The notes beneath the pieces are model-generated. The model did no database searches and was not told the DNA's origin. It worked only from the letters and a program-made list of their open reading frames with translations. 64,000 bases of DNA from Acidobacteriota bacterium. GTDB lineage: Bacteria > Acidobacteriota > UBA6911 > RPQK01 > JAJDTT01. Below, piece by piece: positions 29,833 through 39,150 of this stretch. Every line of letters begins with the position of its first letter. Positions within the stretch are counted from its first letter, which is position 1. A program made the position numbers and the translations under genes. The stretch covers positions 5,792,001 to 5,856,000 of the forward strand of contig CBDCJH010000002.1 in the NCBI GenBank assembly GCA_965217775.1, read 5' to 3'.

Positions 29833-31221
29833 ATGAGAGAAGGAGCGAAGACGCCGCTGCACAGACGGTTGGTGCGGGGCGTGGCAGGGAAACTGTTGCT
29901 GGTGGTGATCTGTCTGCTCTGCGGGACGGCGGCGGCGCAGGCGGCGGTGGACGAAGAGGTGCTGTACGTGTTCAACACCTTCTCGTTCATGATCTGGGGC
30001 GCCATGGTGATGTGGATGTGCGCCGGGTTCACGATGCTGGAGTCGGGATCGGTGCGGACCAAGAACGCCTCCATGATCTGCATGAAGAACATCGGGCTGT
30101 ACTCGATCGCGGGGCTGGCCTACTACGTGATCGGGTACAACCTGATGTACACGGACGTGGGGAGCGTGATCGGGTCGTTCAAATTGCTGTACGGGCCGTC
30201 GGCGGAAGATCTGGCGCTGGTGGCGGGCCAGGACGGGGCGGCGGCCGCGGTGACGGGGGCCGACAGCAAGTACTCGACCATGTCGGACTGGTTTTTCCAG
30301 ATGGTGTTCGTGGCGACGGCGGCGTCGATCGTCTCGGGGGCGCTGGCCGAGCGGGTGAAGATGTGGTCGTTTTTCGTGTTCGTGGCGGTGCTGACGGCGG
30401 TGATCTACCCGGTGGTGGGCGCGTGGACCTGGGGCGGCGGCTGGCTGAACGCGATGGGATTCCAGGATTTCGCCGGTTCCACGATCGTGCACAGTACGGG
30501 CGGCTGGGCCGCGTTGGCGGGGATCCTGATCGTGGGGCCGCGGCTGGGCAAGTACCGGAAGGACGGGACGGTGAAGCCGACGCCGCCGTCGAACGTGATC
30601 CTGGTGACGCTGGGGGTGTTCATCCTCTGGTTCGGGTGGTTCGGATTCAACGGCGGGTCGCAGTTGGCGCTGGGGAGCGCGGCGGACGCGATGGCGATGA
30701 GCCACGTGCTGGTGAACACGAACCTGGCGGCGGCGGCCGGGGTGGTGACGGCCCTGATCGTGTCGCGGCCGATCCTGGGACGCAATGACCTGTTCGCGAC
30801 GTTGAACGGGGCGATAGCGGGCCTGGTGGCGATCACGGCGGGACCGGACATCGTGTCGCACCACTGGTCGATCATCATCGGCGCCATCGGAGCCATCCTG
30901 TGCACGGCGGGGATCAAGTTCCTGGAGAAGTTCAAGATCGACGACGTGGTGGGGGCGGTGCCGGCGCACCTGTTTGCGGGGACCTGGGGAACGATCGCGG
31001 TCTGCATCGCGGCGGGCGGCAACATCGGGGTCCAGTTGCTGGGCATCTTGGCGGTGGGTGCGTTCGTATTCGCGACTTCACTGATCGTGTGGAAGGTACT
31101 GGCGGTGACGATGGGCGTTCGGGTGTCGGCCCAGGTGGAACGGCTGGGACAGGACGTGGGCGAGCTGGGCATGGAAGCCTATCCCGAGTTCGTCCTCATG
31201 CCTGAAGAACTGGACGACTAG
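29833..31221 (+). CDS. amtB: Ammonium transporter (Amt family)
   Basis: 'WFFQMVF', 'SGALAER', 'DFAGSTIVH', 'LWFGWFGFNGGS', 'DDVVGAVPAH' (both pore His present). Confidence 0.96.
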   Translation: MREGAKTPLHRRLVRGVAGKLLLVVICLLCGTAAAQAAVDEEVLYVFNTFSFMIWGAMVMWMCAGFTMLESGSVRTKNASMICMKNIGLYSIAGLAYYVIGYNLMYTDVGSVIGSFKLLYGPSAEDLALVAGQDGAAAAVTGADSKYSTMSDWFFQMVFVATAASIVSGALAERVKMWSFFVFVAVLTAVIYPVVGAWTWGGGWLNAMGFQDFAGSTIVHSTGGWAALAGILIVGPRLGKYRKDGTVKPTPPSNVILVTLGVFILWFGWFGFNGGSQLALGSAADAMAMSHVLVNTNLAAAAGVVTALIVSRPILGRNDLFATLNGAIAGLVAITAGPDIVSHHWSIIIGAIGAILCTAGIKFLEKFKIDDVVGAVPAHLFAGTWGTIAVCIAAGGNIGVQLLGILAVGAFVFATSLIVWKVLAVTMGVRVSAQVERLGQDVGELGMEAYPEFVLMPEELDD

Positions 31222-31323
31222 GAGTCTGCGCGGTAGAAATGATCGTAGCGAGAAAGTGGTCTACCGCTTTCGCAGTAGATCAATTTCTGCGGTGCAGGCT
31301 CCTGGTTCGACGAATAATCGGGG

Positions 31324-32334
31324 TTGATCGGCAGGAGATCCAGGTTGCTTTCGCGCAACGCCCAAGGTCTGTATTGGATGGGCCGTTACCTTGAGAGGGC
31401 GGAGTATCTCTCCCGCCTGTTGCGACTGCAGGTCGAGGCTCTGGTGGATCGGCCGATTCGTGAGATCCACTTTGGGTGGAGCCGTATCTACATCAGTCTG
31501 AACCGGCATCCGCCCGGGGGGCCCCTGGAGCTTCTGGGAGGCGAGGAGGACGATCCTTTAGGCGATTCCTATACGCTGGCCGATTCCTACACCTTGGCCG
31601 ACGATCTCACTTTCGAAAGGTCGAATCCCGATTCGGTATTCAGTTGTTTCGCCATGGGCCGTGAAAACGCCCGCCAGATGCGCAATCGGATCAGTGCCGA
31701 GATGTGGAGTTGTCTGAACCGGGCTTATCTGCGGCTCCAGGACATGACCATCCAGAAGATCTGGAAGGTCTCCCCGGAGAATTTCTACGTGGCAACGGCG
31801 CGTGACATCGACACCTTCAACGGGGTCGCGGAAGTGACCATGTATCGTGATGAAGGCTGGCGTTTCTGGCGGCTGGGGCGCGCCATCGAACGGTCCCAGT
31901 CCTCGGCCGGGTTGTTTCTGGCCCAAATGAACGCCGGCCGTCGGCTCGACTCGTCTTTGGGAGAGGACTGGACCGGTCTTCTGCGCTTCTGTCAGGCGTT
32001 TGACGCCTACAATCGAAAATATAGCGTCGACGTGCAGCCGGATCAGGTTCTGGATTTGCTGGTGACGGACCCGCGTCTGCCCGGCTCCCTCTTTCGATCC
32101 CTCAACGCGGCAGTCATGGAGCTTGACGCCATCGGCCCCGGCCCCATCGCCGAATCGGGTGCACAGGCGCGGCGTCTGGCGGGCCGTCTTCGAGCATTGA
32201 TCCACTATGCCTGGCCGGATCGGGAGGACCACGAGAGTTTGCTCCAGTGGATCGGGGAGAACTGCCGGAAGCTCCACGAACTGGTCATCGCGGCCTATGT
32301 CGACTACCCCATCGAGGACTCCCCGCTACGCTGA
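31324..32334 (+). CDS. Alpha-E domain protein
   Basis: 'LLSRNAQGLYWMGRYLERAE', 'RENARQMRNRISAEMW', 'RLGRAIERS' (conserved ER motifs). Confidence 0.92.
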   Translation: MIGRRSRLLSRNAQGLYWMGRYLERAEYLSRLLRLQVEALVDRPIREIHFGWSRIYISLNRHPPGGPLELLGGEEDDPLGDSYTLADSYTLADDLTFERSNPDSVFSCFAMGRENARQMRNRISAEMWSCLNRAYLRLQDMTIQKIWKVSPENFYVATARDIDTFNGVAEVTMYRDEGWRFWRLGRAIERSQSSAGLFLAQMNAGRRLDSSLGEDWTGLLRFCQAFDAYNRKYSVDVQPDQVLDLLVTDPRLPGSLFRSLNAAVMELDAIGPGPIAESGAQARRLAGRLRALIHYAWPDREDHESLLQWIGENCRKLHELVIAAYVDYPIEDSPLR

Positions 32335-32338
32335 TCCC

Positions 32339-33232
32339 ATGTCCGGATCCGTCCACTATGAGATCGAGCACGTTTCCCGGTACCGGTACGCATTCCCGGC
32401 GCGGGAATGCGTCATGTTGCTCTGCCTGAAGCCACGGAGCGACGGTGGACAGCGGCTCCTTGACTTCGAGATCGGAGCGCGGCCATCCGCTTCCCTGACC
32501 GGTGAAACGGACGGTTTCGGCAACTCCCGGCATGTTCTCTATCTTCACCGGCCGCACGATTGCCTGGATATAATCGCACGGTCGACGGTCGAACCTGCGC
32601 TACCGGTTCCCCTTCCCGGAAATATCGGCGCCGATGCTTGGCGGGAGATTCTCTCCTGGAGTGAATCTTTCGATCATTGGGATTTCACCCATGCCAGCAC
32701 TTTGGCCCGGCCGTCGCCTCTGCTGGACGACTTCGTGGTCAGAAACGGCATCGAGCGCGGAGACGATCCTCTGGAAGGGCTGTTGCAGCTCTGCCATAGC
32801 CTCTACCGGAGCTTCGATTACGTCCCTGGTAGCACCTCGGTTGCGTCTCCCGTCGAGCACATCCTCGAATCGGGCCGGGGTGTATGCCAGGACTACGCCC
32901 ATGTCATGATCGCCATCGCCCGTTCCTGGGGCATTCCGTCGCGGTATGTCTCGGGATATCTGAGCCCGACCGGGCAACCCGGCGAGCAGGCGGCGGGGAA
33001 TGCCACCCACGCCTGGGTCGAATGCCTGTTGCCGGGTCTGGGATGGATCGGCTTCGATCCCACCAACGAGAGTCTGGTCGACCAGCGTCACGTGCGAATC
33101 GCCGTGGGCCGCGACTATCAGGATGTCTCGCCGACCCAAGGTGTTCGCCAGGGAGGCGGAGTGACGAGGCTCGACATCGATGTAAAGGTCCGCCAGAGAG
33201 GCGCCGGGCCAAGTCTTCCGCCAGAAACTTGA
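32339..33232 (+). CDS. Transglutaminase-like protein with bacterial N-terminal domain
   Basis: ATG 32339; 'YEIEHVSRYRY', triad 'GVCQDYAH', 'HAWVE', 'FDPTN', plus 'GRDYQDV'. Confidence 0.93.
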   Translation: MSGSVHYEIEHVSRYRYAFPARECVMLLCLKPRSDGGQRLLDFEIGARPSASLTGETDGFGNSRHVLYLHRPHDCLDIIARSTVEPALPVPLPGNIGADAWREILSWSESFDHWDFTHASTLARPSPLLDDFVVRNGIERGDDPLEGLLQLCHSLYRSFDYVPGSTSVASPVEHILESGRGVCQDYAHVMIAIARSWGIPSRYVSGYLSPTGQPGEQAAGNATHAWVECLLPGLGWIGFDPTNESLVDQRHVRIAVGRDYQDVSPTQGVRQGGGVTRLDIDVKVRQRGAGPSLPPET

Positions 33233-33262
33233 GAAATGGTCATGGCGTTGCCGGTCTGAGAA

Positions 33263-34990
33263 ATGCGCTCAAGGGTCGACCCCATCACTCGTGAAATCGT
33301 TCAGAATGCGCTCTCCTCGGGTGCGGACGAGATGGCGCTGGCTCTTTACCGAACCGCCTACTCCACCATCGTCAGGGACTGCCTGGATTACTCCACCTCC
33401 CTGTGCAACGCACGCGGGGAGATGATCGCCCAAGGCGTCACCATACCGCTGCACCTGGGTTCGGTGCCGCACGCCATGGAAACCCTCCTGGAGAAGTACG
33501 GCCGGAAGATGGAGCCGGGGGACGTCTTCATCATGAACGATCCCTTCGGCGGCGGGATGCACATACCTGACATCTACGTGGTGAAACCTGTTTTCTGGGA
33601 CGGGGAAATCGTCTGCTTCGCCGTGACGACGGCCCACCATCTGGACCTGGGGGGGAGATTGCCGGGGAGCTCGGCCTGCGACAACACGGAGATATTTCAG
33701 GAGGGGCTGCGCATCCCCTGGCTTAAGCTCCATCACCGGGGGGAACCGGACGAAGCAATCTTCGCCCTGCTGCGCACCAACGTCCGGGTGCCCGAGAAGA
33801 CCCTGGGGGATCTCCGGGCACAGGTCGCCGCCTGCAATATCGGAGAGCAGGCAGTGAGGCGACTCATCGTTCGCTATGGCGCCGAGACCCTCTCTGCCTG
33901 CGGCGACGATCTCATCGACTACACGGAAAAACTCATGCGCGCCGAGATCGCGTCCTGGCCCGACGGAACCAGCACCTTCGTGGACTACATGGACAGCGAC
34001 GGCGTCGGCGGGCCCCGGGTTCGTTTCCAGGTCACCGCCAGCATAGAGGACGACACCTTCACCGCTGATTTCAGCGGAACCGACCCTCAGGTCCGGGGCG
34101 CTCTCAATTCCACTCGCTCTTTCACCTGCGGGGCGGTGGCCGTGTGTGTGCGCTGCGCCATGAGCGGGGACGTGCCCAACACGGCCGGGATGTTCCGTCC
34201 TCTGAACATCATCACCGAACCCGGCACCGTCGCGGAGGTCGTGATGCCGGGAGCCTCTTCAATGCGGGGGGTGACCGGATTTCGGATGGTGGACACGATC
34301 TTCGGAGCCATGGCCGGTCTCCTTCCCGATCGCATCCTGGCCGCCGGAGAGGGCGGAAACACCCTGGTCGTTTTCGGTGGCCGGTACCGGGACCGGTCTC
34401 CCTACATCTACTACGAATCGCTCACCGGTACCTGGGGAGGCCGGCCGGGGATGGATGGCAACGATGGTCTCTGCAATCCCATCGTCGTGGCCAGCAACAT
34501 CCCGGTGGAGCAGGCGGAAGCTGAATACCCGGTGCGAATTCGGCGTTACGGGCTGGTGGGCGATACCGGAGGACCTGGAAAATACAGAGGAGGATTGGCC
34601 GTGGAACGGGAGTGGGAACTGCTGGAGGGCGAAACCCATCTCGCGATCCGCTCCGACCGCCGCGATCATCTGCCCTACGGCTTGTGCTCCGGGAAACCGG
34701 GAAAAGGTTCGATCAACGTCATGTACAGAAAGGACGGCAGCCAAGAAGTGCTCCCGGTCATGATCTCGACGACGATGAGAGCGGGCGAAGTTCTTTATCA
34801 TCGGCAGGCTGGAGGCGGAGGATGGGGAGACCCGTTGGAGCGGTCTCCCGAATCCGTGCTGCGGGACGTGAAGAACGAAAAGGTTTCGCTCCGGTCGGCC
34901 CGGGAAGACTACGCCGTCACTTTGGATTCGGAGGACTGCCGGCCCGGCGAGAAGGCTCAGAGTCGAAAACGGCAGCGACGAATGAAGTGA
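33263..34990 (+). CDS. Hydantoinase B / 5-oxoprolinase family protein
   Basis: 'DPITREIV', 'RTAYSTIVRD', 'NDPFGGGMHIPD', 'HHLDLGG', 'EIFQEGLRIP', 'GGGGWGDPLER'. Confidence 0.92.
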   Translation: MRSRVDPITREIVQNALSSGADEMALALYRTAYSTIVRDCLDYSTSLCNARGEMIAQGVTIPLHLGSVPHAMETLLEKYGRKMEPGDVFIMNDPFGGGMHIPDIYVVKPVFWDGEIVCFAVTTAHHLDLGGRLPGSSACDNTEIFQEGLRIPWLKLHHRGEPDEAIFALLRTNVRVPEKTLGDLRAQVAACNIGEQAVRRLIVRYGAETLSACGDDLIDYTEKLMRAEIASWPDGTSTFVDYMDSDGVGGPRVRFQVTASIEDDTFTADFSGTDPQVRGALNSTRSFTCGAVAVCVRCAMSGDVPNTAGMFRPLNIITEPGTVAEVVMPGASSMRGVTGFRMVDTIFGAMAGLLPDRILAAGEGGNTLVVFGGRYRDRSPYIYYESLTGTWGGRPGMDGNDGLCNPIVVASNIPVEQAEAEYPVRIRRYGLVGDTGGPGKYRGGLAVEREWELLEGETHLAIRSDRRDHLPYGLCSGKPGKGSINVMYRKDGSQEVLPVMISTTMRAGEVLYHRQAGGGGWGDPLERSPESVLRDVKNEKVSLRSAREDYAVTLDSEDCRPGEKAQSRKRQRRMK

Positions 34991-35347
34991 AACGGGAGCT
35001 GTCGAACCGGTGCTTGGGTGGCCTCATCCCGCCGGGTAAATGTCGCTGAAAGGGGAGGAAGAGAAGAACTTGATCCGGTATTGTTACGCGGGAGTCTCCT
35101 ACCGGGCGGAGGCCCGGTGAGTTTGTTCACCGGCTGGCGCCAAATGCTGAACGGCGCGCAAGTGGCCATGAAGATTCACGATGATGGAGTTTTCCAAGTT
35201 GCCGGCGGTCTGGCGGAAAAGCCGCGGCGGCGCGCCGATTGCCTGTGGGCAGACGGCTCGGCTTCGAAGCCCCGTAGTGGAGACGATCCGGACGGCGGCC
35301 AAACCTTCGGCACTTTTCCGAACCTCCCGAATTGTTCGTTTCCGGTG

Positions 35348-36679
35348 ATGCGGGCGATGCTGGCCGGCGCCGTCTGGCTGCTGTCGTCGACGGCCGTTCT
35401 CAGCAGTGACGGCGAGGAGAAGGAAACCGCCGAGAAGCCTCCGGTCACGGTCGATCGGGCCTTGGGGAATGACCTGCCAAGCTGGGCCTCCCTTGCCGGC
35501 GAGTTCCGGGTCCGCTACGAAGGCCGGCGGGCATTGGGCTATCGGCAAGGAAGCGACGACGGATACGGTCTGATCCGGACCCGTCTGGATTTGGGGATCA
35601 CCCCTGCCTCCTGGCTGAAGTTCGGGTTTCAGGGACAGGATGCCAGTGCTCCGGGCATCCGTGACGTGCCGAACATCGGAGTCTTCCGTGACGGGTTCGA
35701 CTTGCGGCAGGCATACGCCCGGATTGGGAGTGAAAAATCGCCGGTCACGTTGACTGTGGGGCGCCAGGTGCTGGCCTATGGAGATCAGCGTCTCATAGGC
35801 GCGTTGAATTGGACAAACACCTCCAGAGCCTTCGACGCGGTGAAGCTCCAGTTCCGCGGCGACGGAGCCCGGGTCGACGTCTTCTCGGCGCAAGTGGTGC
35901 AGAACGACCCCGCCGTGCGAATCAACCGGTCGATGGAAGGGAACAACTTGCATGGCGTGTATGGCGCCATCGAAAACGTGATCCCTGGTTCCACCCTGGA
36001 ACCTTATCTTCTACTGCGGTCGACCCGGTCCGTCGTCAACGAGTTGAACCAAAGAGGGGACCTCAACCGCTACACCATGGGCTTGAGAGCCTGGGCGAAG
36101 GGTCTGGGGCCCTGGGACTACAACCTGGCCCTGGTCCGGCAGTGGGGCGACGTAGCCGACGCCGTGATCGACGCCTGGGGCTACTACGCGGAATTGGGCT
36201 ATTCCATCGACGCCGAATCAAGCCCGAGACTCTATGTTCACTACAACTTTGGCTCGGGTGACGAGGACGGCGGCGACGGCCGGGTGGGCGGCTTTGACAA
36301 CCTGTATCCCACCGCCCATTTCCTGTACGGCTACAACGACCTTGTGGGCTGGCGCAATCTGAGAAACATCCGGCTCGGAGCCGAGTTCAAGCCCCATCCG
36401 AAGTTCGGACTGCAATTCGATTTCCACTCCTTCTGGCTGGCCACGGGGAATGACGCCCTCTACAGCGTGGCAGGGGTATTGTCGGTTGCGCCGCCACCCG
36501 GAGGCGCCACCGACCTCAAGGTCGGGAACGAGCTGGACGCCGTGTTCACGGTGCCGTTTTCGAAGGCCGTGAGCCTGAGCGGCGGCATTGGCCACATGTT
36601 CCCGGGACCCTATCTCAAGGCCAATACGCCGGGGGATGGGAACACCTTCACCTACCTGGTCGCGTCGTACAAGTTCTGA
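35348..36679 (+). CDS. Alginate-export-family outer-membrane porin
   Basis: Start trimmed to ATG 35348 (signal peptide follows); 'GEFRVRYE', 'DLRQAY', 'GRQVLAYGDQRLIG', C-terminal YKF. Confidence 0.82.
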   Translation: MRAMLAGAVWLLSSTAVLSSDGEEKETAEKPPVTVDRALGNDLPSWASLAGEFRVRYEGRRALGYRQGSDDGYGLIRTRLDLGITPASWLKFGFQGQDASAPGIRDVPNIGVFRDGFDLRQAYARIGSEKSPVTLTVGRQVLAYGDQRLIGALNWTNTSRAFDAVKLQFRGDGARVDVFSAQVVQNDPAVRINRSMEGNNLHGVYGAIENVIPGSTLEPYLLLRSTRSVVNELNQRGDLNRYTMGLRAWAKGLGPWDYNLALVRQWGDVADAVIDAWGYYAELGYSIDAESSPRLYVHYNFGSGDEDGGDGRVGGFDNLYPTAHFLYGYNDLVGWRNLRNIRLGAEFKPHPKFGLQFDFHSFWLATGNDALYSVAGVLSVAPPPGGATDLKVGNELDAVFTVPFSKAVSLSGGIGHMFPGPYLKANTPGDGNTFTYLVASYKF

Positions 36680-36753
36680 CGCGGGAGTGGATCGGCGGTC
36701 GTGGTTCCCCGGATCACCGCGTTCCCGACCGGTTGTCTGACCGGGCGCGCGGA

Positions 36754-37491
36754 CTATACCCGAGGCCTCTCCAACAGGACGGTGACCCCCATGTCCAGGT
36801 ATTTCCGGCGGGTATCGGGCGTGTAGTTTCGGAAGCAGACCTTGGTCTCGGCCCCTCGAAGCTGCTCGCAGATGTGCCGGACACAGTCGTCGACGCTCTT
36901 GAATGGGTGGTGGGGGTGGCTCTCCAGGCTGAAGGTCAGGTCCATGGGTCCGAAGGAGAGGCAGTCGACGCCCGGCTGAGCCAGTTGCCGGGCCGCGGTC
37001 ACCGCCGCCACCGACTCGATCTGCATCCAGAGGACTCCCGTTTCTCCCCACCAGCGCCGGTACTCCCGGTGATCGTCCTCGAGCTGGAAGTTCAGCCGGT
37101 TGAAGCCGCCCCAACTGCGGACGCCCTCCGGCGCATAGTAGAAGTTGTCCACTGCTTCACGGGCGGTCTCCACGGATTCGACCTGAGGAACCTCGATGCC
37201 GGCCGGGCCCAGGTCCAGAATGTTTCCGATCAGGTAGGTGTGCCGTGTGTGCTTGATGCGGAACTGCACCGGCATGTCCAGCTCGGCGGCCACTTTGCAG
37301 AACCGCACCAGGTTCGACTCGCCGAACGCGTCATGCTGGCTGTCCACCCACAGGAAATCATAGGAGTCGGCTTCGACGATGGAGCGGAGCGTGTCCCCGT
37401 CGCTGTCGGGTGAAGCGGAAACACCGATGATGGTTTCGCCGGCATGGATGCGTTTCTTCAGAGCTACGGCGCGGTCGCTGATTGACGGCAT
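36754..37491 (-). CDS. HpcH/HpaI aldolase family protein
   Basis: 'DFLWVDSQH', 'ILDLGPAGIEVPQVE', 'MQIES', 'FGPMDL'. Confidence 0.88.
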   Translation of the reverse strand: MPSISDRAVALKKRIHAGETIIGVSASPDSDGDTLRSIVEADSYDFLWVDSQHDAFGESNLVRFCKVAAELDMPVQFRIKHTRHTYLIGNILDLGPAGIEVPQVESVETAREAVDNFYYAPEGVRSWGGFNRLNFQLEDDHREYRRWWGETGVLWMQIESVAAVTAARQLAQPGVDCLSFGPMDLTFSLESHPHHPFKSVDDCVRHICEQLRGAETKVCFRNYTPDTRRKYLDMGVTVLLERPRV

Positions 37492-37657
37492 TGGGATCCT
37501 CCTGTCGGGACGGTCAGTCAAGAAAAGGTCAGATTATACACAGCGGAGAAAAAGGAGAAGAGATCATTGAAGGGTGTGCCGGGCTGCTCCGACGCGCCTC
37601 CGCACGGGCTGGTAGACTCTCGCCGATCGAATCCGCCACGGAAGAACGAGGTGAACC

Positions 37658-38539
37658 ATGCGAAGACTTCCTCTGGGTCCTCTCTACTACGAATACAGCC
37701 GGCACAATGAGGTGCGTCTACGGATCGAGCCTGGAGAAAAGGTGCTGGTCGAGGCCGAAGATGCGTTTTCGGGGCAGGTTCGCACCAATGAGGATCGCCG
37801 CGACCGGAAGGCGATCCCCTTCGGCAACCCGCAGACCGGTCCCATTCATGTCAAAGGAGCGCAGCCGGGGGATGCGCTGTCCGTCCATATCCACGAGATT
37901 CGGCCCAGCATCGGCCAGTGCGCCACCCGGACCAGCGATCCCAGGCAGCTCGCCGAGTGGATCGGCGCGGACTGTCCCCACGGCACTCACGTCTGCCCCA
38001 TCCGCGACGGCAAGATCTATTGGAGCGACGAGATCACGATTCCGTATCGACCCATGCTGGGGTGCATCGGGACGGCTCCGGACAAGGGAGTGCCCACCAC
38101 GGGTCCGGCAGGACCCCACGGGGGCAACATGGACATCATCGAGACCGGTCCCGGCAGCACCGTCTATCTCCCGGTCTACATTCCGGGAGCCTACCTCTAT
38201 CTCGGCGACGCCCACGCCGCCATGGGACACGGTGAACTTTCGGCCAGCGGTCTCGAAATGCCCTCGGAGACGATCATTACCGTCGACTTGATGCGCGGAA
38301 AGACAATTCCCGGACCCCGCATCGAGTCGGCGGAAGAGATCATGACCGTGGCCACCGGCTGTCCGATGGAACGGGCTACGGCTCAAGCCTACGCCTGGCT
38401 CATCCTCTGGATGGAAGAGGAGTATGGCTGGAATCGCTGGAAGGCGTACGACCTGCTGACGCACGTGGGACGGATCTCGGTCGGCTATTACGCCATCGGG
38501 ACGGTCGCCGCCAAGATCGCCAAGAAATACCTGGTTTGA
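37658..38539 (+). CDS. Acetamidase/formamidase family protein
   Basis: 'NPQTGPIHVKGAQPGD', 'PHGGNMD', 'GDAHAAMGHGE'. Confidence 0.92.
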   Translation: MRRLPLGPLYYEYSRHNEVRLRIEPGEKVLVEAEDAFSGQVRTNEDRRDRKAIPFGNPQTGPIHVKGAQPGDALSVHIHEIRPSIGQCATRTSDPRQLAEWIGADCPHGTHVCPIRDGKIYWSDEITIPYRPMLGCIGTAPDKGVPTTGPAGPHGGNMDIIETGPGSTVYLPVYIPGAYLYLGDAHAAMGHGELSASGLEMPSETIITVDLMRGKTIPGPRIESAEEIMTVATGCPMERATAQAYAWLILWMEEEYGWNRWKAYDLLTHVGRISVGYYAIGTVAAKIAKKYLV

Positions 38540-38588
38540 GGGGTGGCGAGGGTCCGCACTCGGACCTGCCGGGGCGTTCCGGAGCCAC

Positions 38589-39089
38589 CTACATCACGGA
38601 TTTCAACAGCTTCGGAGTCACGAACCAGACCAGCCTCCCCTCGCCCCAACGGACACTCCCCCACCGGTCCCGCGGCAGTTTGATTCCGGCCATGGCCGCG
38701 GTGGGGAACCTCAACTGGGCTCTCCCGATGAGGCGGCCGGCCAGCGCGGCACAGGTGGGTTGGTGGCCGGCCAGCAGCAGGCATGAATCGGTATCGGAGC
38801 AGCCGCGGATGATCTCCAGCATCTGGTCCGAGGTGGTGTCATAGAGCTCGCGCGTGGCTTCGAGGGGACACGGCCAGTCGCCCGCCTGGGCGGCCAGTTC
38901 CACCGTCCGCCAGGCCCGAACTGCAGAGGAGGAGATCACCCGGTCCGGGACTTGGCCCAACCGGGCCAGATAGCGTCCCATCCGTTTGGCGGCGGCGACG
39001 CCGCGCCGCGCCAGCGGCCGATCATGATCGATGGAATAGGGGGCGTTCCAATCCGATTTGGCGTGCCGAAAGATGAGTAGTTGTTTCAT
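38589..39089 (-). CDS. sixA: SixA-like phosphohistidine phosphatase
   Basis: 'LLIFRHAKSDW', 'DHDRPL', 'SSAVRA', 'GHQP'. Confidence 0.88.
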   Translation of the reverse strand: MKQLLIFRHAKSDWNAPYSIDHDRPLARRGVAAAKRMGRYLARLGQVPDRVISSSAVRAWRTVELAAQAGDWPCPLEATRELYDTTSDQMLEIIRGCSDTDSCLLLAGHQPTCAALAGRLIGRAQLRFPTAAMAGIKLPRDRWGSVRWGEGRLVWFVTPKLLKSVM

Positions 39090-39150
39090 GGCCGACTCAA
39101 TCCTGGCATGATTTTGAGTAAAGCCAGTCTACTACGGTGGAACGTCGATC

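Noticed and set aside
29710-30969. 419-aa minus ORF and 322-aa alternate-frame ORF over amt
   Set aside because: Low-complexity R/H/G products caused by the codon skew.
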